Assembly (NCBI RefSeq): GCF_008065095.1
Contig: NZ_CP042911.1
Coordinates: forward strand, 7,050,001-7,082,000
Length of the DNA stretch: 32,000 bases
Direction: 5' to 3'
Source of the DNA: Gemmata obscuriglobus
GTDB taxonomy: Bacteria > Planctomycetota > Planctomycetia > Gemmatales > Gemmataceae
In this document: positions 25,300-32,000 of the stretch, in pieces
Numbering within the stretch: position 1 is the stretch's first letter
Layout: each line of letters begins with the position of its first letter
Program-made: the position numbers and the translations under genes
The notes under the pieces: model-generated
Told to the model about the DNA's origin: nothing
Database searches by the model: none
The model's input: the letters and a program-made list of their open reading frames with translations, nothing else

Positions 25300-25896
25300 A
25301 TGTGCAACACGATAGACCCTACATTCGGGGTTCGGGGACCATTCATCGTGACAACGCAGTCCGCTTCGTCGAAACCGTCGGGACCGCTGGCCCTCGGGTT
25401 CCTCGCCGTGCTCCAGGACCAGACCGGCTGGCTCGGCGGGTACTTGGTGACCAACGGCTGGGGCCGACCGCTCGAGTTCCGCCTCACCACCGCCGTGCAG
25501 CCGAACCGGGTCCAAACTGCCCTTTACGGCCCAACCTTGACGGAGTACCTGCATGCCGATGTGATCGGGAAGACGCTGGTGGAGAAGACGGGCACGAAGC
25601 CGGACCTCGTCGTGACGGACTCCCTCTCGGTACTCGCGCTGCGCTCGCGCATCGAGGTGCCGGTGGTGGCGGTCTGCCCGCCGGGCGCGGTGCCGCCGAA
25701 CGCCGTGACGATGCCGCACACCCGCACGCCGGGCGGGCTGATCCTGCCGGCCCGCTTCGCGGGCGACCGCGAGGCGGTCGAAGAGCTGCTGGCCCGGGTG
25801 GACTCGGCGGTGGACCTGTCCGAGCCGTTCGCGCGGGTCCGTGAGGCGGTGGCCGAGGCCCGCAAGATGGGGGTGACGAACCGTGCTGCGGCCTGA
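25300..25896 (+). CDS. Hypothetical protein of unknown family (~198 aa; alternative GTG start at 25348)
   Basis: Strongly G/C-ending codon usage from about 25350 onward. No family recognised. Conserved-looking core GFLAVLQDQTGWLGGYLVTNGWGRPLEFRLTTAVQPNRVQTALYGPTL. Its stop at 25894-25896 overlaps the first candidate start of the SNF2 gene. Confidence 0.6.
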   Translation: MCNTIDPTFGVRGPFIVTTQSASSKPSGPLALGFLAVLQDQTGWLGGYLVTNGWGRPLEFRLTTAVQPNRVQTALYGPTLTEYLHADVIGKTLVEKTGTKPDLVVTDSLSVLALRSRIEVPVVAVCPPGAVPPNAVTMPHTRTPGGLILPARFAGDREAVEELLARVDSAVDLSEPFARVREAVAEARKMGVTNRAAA

Positions 25897-27880
25897 CGGC
25901 TTGGAAGGCGAAGAAGTGGTCCCGACGGCGCTGGCTCTGGGACAGGAGTTGTTCGCGGCGGCAGCCCCCCTCCCCCCCTTCCCGGAAACGCGAGGGGGAA
26001 CCGAACCCGCTTCATTTCCGGTTCTGAGCCCTTCCCTCTCGGTGGAAGGAGACGAGTTCTTTTCGCTCGACGCGACGCCCGAACTCCCTCGCCCCGAAGT
26101 GCGTGAGCTGGCGGGCGAATTGCACGCGCCGCCGCCCGCGCTGGGGGAAGGGGCCGGGGAACGGGGCATCGGTCTCGTCGTCGAGACCTTCGGCCTCTCG
26201 AAACTCGATCACCCGCTCGAACCGAACGTCCGCGAGGCCAAGCTCCTGACGGACGCCCCGTGGGTGCGCGCGCTGGGGCGCCTCGAGCTGAGCGTCACCA
26301 CCGAGGGGTGGAAGTTCCCCGCCCCGCCGGCGGGGTTCGATTCCGCCCCGCGCCCCGCCACAGAGCCGCGGGCGGGCCGGCAGTCGATCCCGCAGCCCGC
26401 CCTGCCCGACCAGCAGGAGCCGGCGAAGCCGCGCATCCGCCCCAAGCCCACCGCGGACACCGTCTTCTTCAAGGACCGGCTGTTGTACCTGCTCCAGCCG
26501 CCGCTCGACAGCCTCTTCGACGGCCGGCAGCTCGAGGTGCCGTTCGAGCCGTACCCGTACCAGCTCGAGGGCATCGCGTTCCTGATGCCGCGGCACCACG
26601 CGCTCATCGCCGACGAGATGGGGCTGGGCAAAACCGCCCAGGCCATCCTGTCGCTGCGGCTGCTGTTCCACTCGGGCGAGATCAAGCGCGGCCTCGTGGT
26701 GTGCCCGAAGCCGCTCATGCACAACTGGGCGCGCGAGCTCAAGATGTGGGCGCCCGACGTGCCGTTCGAGGCGTTCGAGGGCGACCCCGAGCAGCGCCGC
26801 AGCACGTGGCTCGTGTCGAACTGCCCGCTCAAGCTCATCAACTACGAGACGCTGACGCGCGACTGCGACCTCGCGGCCGACGCGCGCGTCCAGTTCGACG
26901 TGGTGGTGCTGGACGAGGCCCAGCGGATCAAGAACAAGGAGTCGAAGACCGCGCTGGTGGTGCGGGGGCTGAACCGCGGGCGGAGCTGGGCGCTCACCGG
27001 CACCCCCATCGAGAACCACCCCGACGACCTGGTGAACATCTTCAGCTTCGTCGCCCCCGGCCGCATCCCGGCCGAGACGCCGGCCAAGCGGATCCCGCAG
27101 TACACCTCGGACCTGATCCTGCGGCGCACCAAGGACGACGTGCTCACCGACATGCCGCCGAAGGTGATCCGCGACCTGGAGGTCGAGCTCACCCCGGCGC
27201 AGCGCGCCGCCTACGTGCGGGCCGAGAACGACGGCGTCATCCAGTTGAACGCGCTCGGCGACACGATCACCGTGCAGCACGTGTTCCAGCTCGTGATGCG
27301 GCTGAAGCAGATCTGCAACTTCGACCCGCTCACCGGCGAGAGCGCGAAGCTGGTGCAGCTCCTCTCCGACATGGAAGAGGTGGCGGAGAGCGGGCGGAAG
27401 GCGATCATCTTCTCGCAGTGGGTGGAGCCGCTGGAGGTGCTCGCGAAGGCGCTCGCGAAGTACGGGCCGCTCCAGTACCACGGCAAGATCCCGCAGCCCC
27501 AGCGGACCCCCATCCTCGACCGGTTCAAGTCCGACCCGAGCGCCCACGTGCTCCTGATGAGCTACGGGACCGGGAGCGTGGGGCTGAACCTGCAGTTCAC
27601 GAACTACGTGTTCCTGTTCGACCGCTGGTGGAACCCGGCGATCGAGGACCAGGCCATCAACCGGGCGCACCGGCTGGGGCAGAAGCACCCGGTCACGGTC
27701 ACCCGGTTCCTCAGCGGCGGCACCATCGAGGGCCGCATCGCGGACATCCTGGACGCCAAGCGCAAGGTGTTCAACGACCTCATCGCCCAGGCCGACAAGC
27801 CGGCCTCCCTGGGCCTGAGCGAGGACGACATCTTCGGGCTGTTCGACATCAAGGCCCGACCCAAGCGCGACAAGCACTGA
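25883..27880 (+). CDS. SNF2-family (DEAD/DEAH-like) helicase/ATPase with an ~230-aa N-terminal extension
   Basis: Motifs PYQLEGIAFL, DEMGLGKT (I), DEAQRIKN (II), ALTGTPIEN (III) and QAINRAHRLGQ (VI). The start is uncertain. 19 of the first 61 codons end in A/T, and alternative GTG starts exist at 25916, 26042 and 26099. Confidence 0.88.
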   Translation: MLRPDGLEGEEVVPTALALGQELFAAAAPLPPFPETRGGTEPASFPVLSPSLSVEGDEFFSLDATPELPRPEVRELAGELHAPPPALGEGAGERGIGLVVETFGLSKLDHPLEPNVREAKLLTDAPWVRALGRLELSVTTEGWKFPAPPAGFDSAPRPATEPRAGRQSIPQPALPDQQEPAKPRIRPKPTADTVFFKDRLLYLLQPPLDSLFDGRQLEVPFEPYPYQLEGIAFLMPRHHALIADEMGLGKTAQAILSLRLLFHSGEIKRGLVVCPKPLMHNWARELKMWAPDVPFEAFEGDPEQRRSTWLVSNCPLKLINYETLTRDCDLAADARVQFDVVVLDEAQRIKNKESKTALVVRGLNRGRSWALTGTPIENHPDDLVNIFSFVAPGRIPAETPAKRIPQYTSDLILRRTKDDVLTDMPPKVIRDLEVELTPAQRAAYVRAENDGVIQLNALGDTITVQHVFQLVMRLKQICNFDPLTGESAKLVQLLSDMEEVAESGRKAIIFSQWVEPLEVLAKALAKYGPLQYHGKIPQPQRTPILDRFKSDPSAHVLLMSYGTGSVGLNLQFTNYVFLFDRWWNPAIEDQAINRAHRLGQKHPVTVTRFLSGGTIEGRIADILDAKRKVFNDLIAQADKPASLGLSEDDIFGLFDIKARPKRDKH

Positions 27881-27946
27881 GCGCCAGTCGCGCGCTTGGG
27901 CCGGGCGTTGCGTCCCGCTCATTCACGATCCGGCTGGTTGTGTCTG

Positions 27947-28018
27947 CTTTGTGGCACAGACGTTCCTGTCTGTGCGGCCTTTTCGCGCCGCACAGACAGG
28001 AACGTCTGTGCCACAAAG
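27947..28018. terminator. Perfect 32-bp-stem hairpin with an 8-nt loop downstream of the SNF2 gene
   Basis: I verified that 27947-27978 is the exact reverse complement of 27987-28018. Each arm contains a nested 8-bp palindrome (GCACAGAC gttcct GTCTGTGC). It lies 67 nt after the SNF2 stop. No U-tract follows, so a terminator function is uncertain. Confidence 0.5.
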
Positions 28019-28079
28019 ACACAGGCCAAAAACGGATACCCGTGACCGAACCGTAAACCCAGCGCAAGGTAAAGGCAGT

Positions 28080-28253
28080 TTTTGACAGGATCAACAGGAT
28101 TAAACAGGATGAATACAGCCTTGTTTAGTCCTATCGACCCGACTAAACACACATGAATTTATCATGCAACCAACGATCATTCACAGCAAGCGCAATGAAC
28201 GGGGCCAATGCACCTCTGCTTGATCCTGTTTAATCCTGTCGATCCTGTCAAAA
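28080..28253. repeat. MITE-like element with 33-bp terminal inverted repeats built from phased ACAGGAT heptads
   Basis: Left end TTTTGACAGGATCAACAGGATTAAACAGGATGA (28080-28112) matches the reverse complement of 28221-28253 at 31/33 positions. The heptads start at 28085, 28094 and 28104. The core is ~108 bp and AT-richer than its surroundings. Confidence 0.6.
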
Positions 28254-28293
28254 TTTGCCTCCGTCCCGATACCACCGCCGCGCCGGCCCGGGG

Positions 28294-29103
28294 CTACTTC
28301 TTCGCCTCGGCCTCGCGCAGGAACTTCGCCAGGTCGGCGAGCTTGTCGGTGTTGATGAAATCGACCCCGGCGGCGAGCAGCTCCTTCCAGGCCTCGGGCG
28401 TTTCCGGCGCGGCCCAGAACCGCACCTTCCGCCCCTGCTTGTGCGCCTTCGCGACCAGCTCGCGGAGCTTCGCCCGCTCGGCGTCCGGCATCGCGCCGGT
28501 ACCGTCCCACTTGAACAGCGCCTTCCACGACTCGCTGACCCACGGCACCATGTGCGCCGGTGCGGTGCCGGCGAGGTCGGCCGGGCGCCCGTCGATCGCC
28601 GCGTACCGCACCTTCGGCGCGGCGATCGTCTTCACGTCCCGGTTCCCGCTGACCACCACCGTCACCGCCTTCGGTTCGGTCTTCCCGTCCGTCGTGACCG
28701 TCAGAATGTCCGAGTACTTCTCCAGCACCTTCTCCAGCGCCAGGGCGGTCTCCTTGGCGTCCGTCTTGATGTCGATCATCAGGTAAAACGGCGGGCCGTT
28801 CCGGTACACCGCGCCGCCCTGCGCCTTGATCCGCTCCCGGAGCGGGGCGAGGTAGAGCTTCTCGAGCGTGCGCTCGGGCTTAAGCGAAAGCGGCGTGTGC
28901 CCGACGAGCAGCTCGCCCTTCACGAGCCAGATGTCCGCCTCGACGCTACAGAACCCGTGGCCCAGCGCATCCAACAGCGGGCGCGCGTGCTCGTAGTCGT
29001 TGTGCGCGTGCGCCCGCGCGAGCGGGACCACGGGCGGGTCCGCTCGGACCGGGGAAACGGAAACGGGAGCGGTGAGCGCGAGGCACGCGAGACCGAGCAA
29101 CAT
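28294..29103 (-). CDS. Secreted PLC-like / glycerophosphodiester phosphodiesterase superfamily protein
   Basis: ATG at 29103 (minus strand) and signal peptide MLLGLACLALTAPVSVSPVRA. AHAHNDYEH and SVEADIW motifs are typical of PI-PLC-X-like phosphodiesterases. The ORF-track extension to 30540 is antisense to yyaL and is rejected. Confidence 0.7.
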   Translation of the reverse strand: MLLGLACLALTAPVSVSPVRADPPVVPLARAHAHNDYEHARPLLDALGHGFCSVEADIWLVKGELLVGHTPLSLKPERTLEKLYLAPLRERIKAQGGAVYRNGPPFYLMIDIKTDAKETALALEKVLEKYSDILTVTTDGKTEPKAVTVVVSGNRDVKTIAAPKVRYAAIDGRPADLAGTAPAHMVPWVSESWKALFKWDGTGAMPDAERAKLRELVAKAHKQGRKVRFWAAPETPEAWKELLAAGVDFINTDKLADLAKFLREAEAKK

Positions 29104-29178
29104 GGGGAACTCGCCGCGGAGGGGATCGGGAACGGGCGTCCGTAGAATCCTATTGCCCACCGCATCACGGGACCCGCC

Positions 29179-31275
29179 ATGACCGCCGCGCGCCAGCCGA
29201 ACCGCCTCGCGACCGAGACCAGCCTGTACCTGCGGCAGCACGCCAACAACCCGGTGGACTGGTACCCGTGGGGGCCGGAGGCGCTCGCCCGCGCGAGGGA
29301 CCTCGACCGCCCCATCTTCCTGAGCGTCGGGTACAGCGCGTGCCACTGGTGCCACGTCATGGAGCACGAGAGCTTCGAGGACGAGGCCACCGCCGCGATC
29401 ATGAACGAGCACTTCGTGTGCATCAAGGTGGACCGCGAGGAGCGCCCGGACCTGGACACCATCTACATGACCGCCCTCCAGGTGATGACCCGCGAGGGCG
29501 GCGGGTGGCCGCTGTCCGTGTTCCTGGCCCCGGACCTGAAGCCGTTCTTCGCGGGCACCTACTACCCGCCCGACGACCGGTACGCCGCCCAGGGCCGGCC
29601 CGGCTTCAAGAAGCTGCTCCTCGGCATCCACAACGCCTGGCAGACCCAGCGCGACCGCGTTCACGAGATCGGCACCAGCGTCGTCGGCGACCTCCAGCGC
29701 ATGGGCGCCCTCGGCGACGCCGACGGCCCCGTGGCGCCGGAGCTGCTGGCCGGCGCGCTGGCCGCGCTGCGCCGCAGCTACGACCCGCGGTTCGGCGGGT
29801 TCGGGTCGCAGCCCAAGTTCCCGCACGCGCTCGAGCTGAAGCTCCTGCTGCGCCTCTCCGACCGGTTCAACGACCCGGTGGCCCTCGACATGGTGAAGCA
29901 CACGCTCACCACGATGGCCCGCGGCGGCATTTATGACCAGCTCGGCGGCGGGTTCGCGCGCTACAGCGTGGACGCGAAGTGGCTGGTCCCGCACTTCGAG
30001 AAGATGCTCTACGACAACGCCCTGCTCGCTTCGGCGCTGGCCGAGGCGTACCAGCGGACGGGGGACCCGTTCTTCCAGCAGATCGGCCGTGAGACGCTCG
30101 ACTACGTTGTGCGGGAAATGTGGGCGGAGGGCGGCGCCTTCTTCTCCACCCAGGACGCCGACAGCGAGGGCGAAGAGGGCAAGTTCTACGTCTGGTCGCT
30201 GGACGAGTTGCGCGCGGTGTTGGGGGCCGAGGACGCGGAGTTCGCGTGCAAGGTGTGGGGGGCCACCCGGGGCGGCAACTTCGAGGGGCGCAACATCCTG
30301 TTCCGCACCCTCTCCGACGCCGACGAGGGCAAAGCGCACGGCACGAGCGAGGAGGCGTTCCGGGCGCGGCTCCGGGCGGTCAAGGACACGCTCTACGCGG
30401 CGCGGGCGAAACGGGTGTGGCCCGGGCGCGACGAGAAGATCCTGACCGCGTGGAACGGCCTCATGATCGCCGCGTTCGCGCAGTTCGGGATGGCGACCGG
30501 CGGCGAGGACGCCGCGTGCGCGGCGGTCGCGGCCGATCACATCCTCCGGACCATGCGCACCGCGGACGGGCGACTGTACCGCACCGCCGGGGTGGGGCAG
30601 CCGCCGAAGCTGAGCGGCTACCTGGAAGATTACGCGTTCCTCGCGGACGCGCTCGTGACGCTGTACGAAGCAACGTTTGAGGTGAAGTGGCTCCGCGCCG
30701 CCCTCGAACTGGCGGAGGCGCTACTCAAGCACTTCGCGGACCCGAACGGCCCCGGCTTCTTCTTCACCGCGGACGACCACGAGGAGCTGATCGCCCGCAC
30801 CAAGGACCTGCACGACGGCTCGACGCCGAGCGGCAACGCGGTGGCCGTAACGGTCCTGCTGCGTTTGGCCGCGCTGACCGGGCGGCGGGACCTCGCCGAA
30901 CCGGCCGAGCGCACCCTCCGCGGGTACCGCGAGACGATGGCGGAGCACCCGGCCGCGAGCGGGCAGATGCTCATCGCGCTCGACTTCCACCTCGGCCCGG
31001 TTCAGCAGGTGGCGATCGTCGGCCCGGAGCACGACCAAGCAACGCGGCGCGCGATCGAAGCGGTCCGGGCGACATTCGGGCCGCGCCGGGTGGTCGCGTT
31101 CCACGACCCGGCGTCCGGGGCGCCGCCGGCAGAACTCGCGACGCTATTCGAAGGCAAGGAGGCGCTGGACGGTGCGGTCACGGTTTACGTCTGCGAGAAC
31201 TTCGCGTGCCGCGCCCCACTGACCGGCGCCGAAGCGATAGAGTCGGGGTTCCGCGCGGCAAACCGAACCAAATAA
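29179..31275 (+). CDS. Thioredoxin-domain (DUF255) protein of the YyaL type
   Basis: 698 aa. Motifs: NRLATETSLYLRQHANNPVDWYPWG, SVGYSACHWCHVMEHESF, KVDREERPD. The C-terminal part looks like an alpha/alpha-toroid (epimerase-like) region. Confidence 0.9.
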   Translation: MTAARQPNRLATETSLYLRQHANNPVDWYPWGPEALARARDLDRPIFLSVGYSACHWCHVMEHESFEDEATAAIMNEHFVCIKVDREERPDLDTIYMTALQVMTREGGGWPLSVFLAPDLKPFFAGTYYPPDDRYAAQGRPGFKKLLLGIHNAWQTQRDRVHEIGTSVVGDLQRMGALGDADGPVAPELLAGALAALRRSYDPRFGGFGSQPKFPHALELKLLLRLSDRFNDPVALDMVKHTLTTMARGGIYDQLGGGFARYSVDAKWLVPHFEKMLYDNALLASALAEAYQRTGDPFFQQIGRETLDYVVREMWAEGGAFFSTQDADSEGEEGKFYVWSLDELRAVLGAEDAEFACKVWGATRGGNFEGRNILFRTLSDADEGKAHGTSEEAFRARLRAVKDTLYAARAKRVWPGRDEKILTAWNGLMIAAFAQFGMATGGEDAACAAVAADHILRTMRTADGRLYRTAGVGQPPKLSGYLEDYAFLADALVTLYEATFEVKWLRAALELAEALLKHFADPNGPGFFFTADDHEELIARTKDLHDGSTPSGNAVAVTVLLRLAALTGRRDLAEPAERTLRGYRETMAEHPAASGQMLIALDFHLGPVQQVAIVGPEHDQATRRAIEAVRATFGPRRVVAFHDPASGAPPAELATLFEGKEALDGAVTVYVCENFACRAPLTGAEAIESGFRAANRTK

Positions 31276-31451
31276 TTGTGCGCGAACCGAATTGCTACTT
31301 GCACCGGGCGCACAGGGCGGGTAGAGTCCAAGAAGAATGCGTGACGTGAGTCGGCCCGCTCCCACAGACACGCCAGCTCCCGCCACACATTTTTTGCTCT
31401 CCACCCCATCACCGGGGTGAGCACCTTATCATCTGCGTTTTGAGGTCGGTG

Positions 31452-32000
31452 ATGCTCTCCTTCTCTCCCCCGAAATCCCGCCGCGTGCGGGGTTTCACGC
31501 TTATTGAATTGTTGGTCGTGATCGCGATTATTGCGATCCTGATCGGGCTCCTGCTGCCCGCCGTCCAGAAGGTGCGCGAGGCTGCCGCGCGCATGAAGTG
31601 CTCAAACAACCTGAAGCAACTCGGGCTGGCGATGCACGGCTACCACGACGTGGGACAGAAGTTCCCGCGGAACTACCGCCAGGTCGGCGGTAACGCCTGG
31701 GAGGCCACCAGCGCCAACGTCGAAATCCTCCCGTTCGTCGAACAGGACCCGCTGTTCAAGCTGTTCGAAGCGAACCGCACCAACTGGGGCTGGACCTACA
31801 ACACCGGGATGAACACCAAGCTGTCGGTGTTCCTGTGCCCGTCGTCGCCGGCCGCGCCGGCCCGCGGCAGCAACCCGAGCGGCTGGGACGGCCCGGGCGG
31901 CAACTACGGCTGGTCCACCGGCAGCTCGGTCGAAACCGTGTGGGGCGGCTCCCGGTTCAACGGCATCGTCTCGTACCAGAACGACACCAAGATGGGGGAC
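31452..32000 (+). CDS. DUF1559 protein with a prepilin-type N-terminal cleavage/methylation domain (3' end outside window)
   Basis: ATG at 31452 with GAGGT upstream. [49 protein letters not shown] is the canonical planctomycete DUF1559 N-terminus. The frame stays open to the window end. Confidence 0.9.
   Translation, partial: MLSFSPPKSRRVRGFTLIELLVVIAIIAILIGLLLPAVQKVREAAARMKCSNNLKQLGLAMHGYHDVGQKFPRNYRQVGGNAWEATSANVEILPFVEQDPLFKLFEANRTNWGWTYNTGMNTKLSVFLCPSSPAAPARGSNPSGWDGPGGNYGWSTGSSVETVWGGSRFNGIVSYQNDTKMGD

Noticed and set aside
25293-25844. Alternative-frame 183-aa ORF overlapping the unknown 198-aa ORF
   Set aside because: Its translation is Arg/Gly/Pro/Ala-rich and low-complexity. The chosen frame has balanced composition, alternating hydrophobic patterns and consistently G/C-ending codons.
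28080-28253. CRISPR-like array or Pho-box regulatory site formed by the ACAGGAT / CTGTCA heptads (also at 8004-8095)
   Set aside because: It is not CRISPR. The units are 7 nt long and spaced 9-10 nt apart, arranged as inverted terminal arrays, with no spacers and no cas genes. CTGTCAT matches the E. coli Pho-box half-site. However, the spacing is 9-10 bp rather than 11 bp, the arrays are symmetric at both element ends, and the 28080 copy lies at a gene's 3' end. A Pho-box reading is therefore unsupported.
29104-30540. Upstream 479 codons of minus-strand ORF 28294-30540
   Set aside because: This part is antisense to the well-supported yyaL-type gene. A signal-peptide-bearing ATG at 29103 gives a complete 269-aa PLC-like protein, so the extension is spurious.

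Overview
High-GC chromosomal segment that looks planctomycete (Gemmataceae-like). This call rests on a DUF1559/prepilin-type N-terminus protein, a TIGR02996 'Gemmata paralogous family' domain, DUF4058 proteins, and many long spurious antisense ORFs. Gene order is as follows. nhaA (3' end) | gcvT-gcvH-gcvPA, then four inserted ORFs (DUF4058, a 19-codon gene remnant, a second DUF4058, a TIGR02996+SUKH fusion), then gcvPB-ybjQ | MOSC protein | 1091-aa secreted trypsin-like protease with three lectin-like repeats | small membrane ORF | arylsulfatase | mscL | DUF4139-like protein. On the minus strand: BatA/VWA-like membrane protein and a Ser/Thr kinase. Then an LRR protein | a second SUKH protein (minus) | sulfite reductase hemoprotein (minus) | ~690 bp of structured non-coding DNA | an unknown ~198-aa ORF tightly linked to an SNF2-family ATPase | PLC-like phosphodiesterase (minus) | YyaL-type thioredoxin-domain protein | DUF1559 protein (3' end cut). 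I found no rRNA, tRNA, CRISPR array, transposase or integrase. Two loci are the best candidates for undescribed biology. (1) A duplicated DUF4058 (nuclease-like by motif) plus TIGR02996/SUKH (immunity-type domain) module sits inside the glycine-cleavage operon with GTGA start/stop overlaps. (2) An unknown-protein + SNF2 ATPase cassette is bracketed by long nested-palindrome hairpins and a MITE-like heptad-repeat element. The window also holds several unusually long perfect inverted repeats, one with 55-bp arms. All family assignments come from motif recognition by eye, since no database search was possible.
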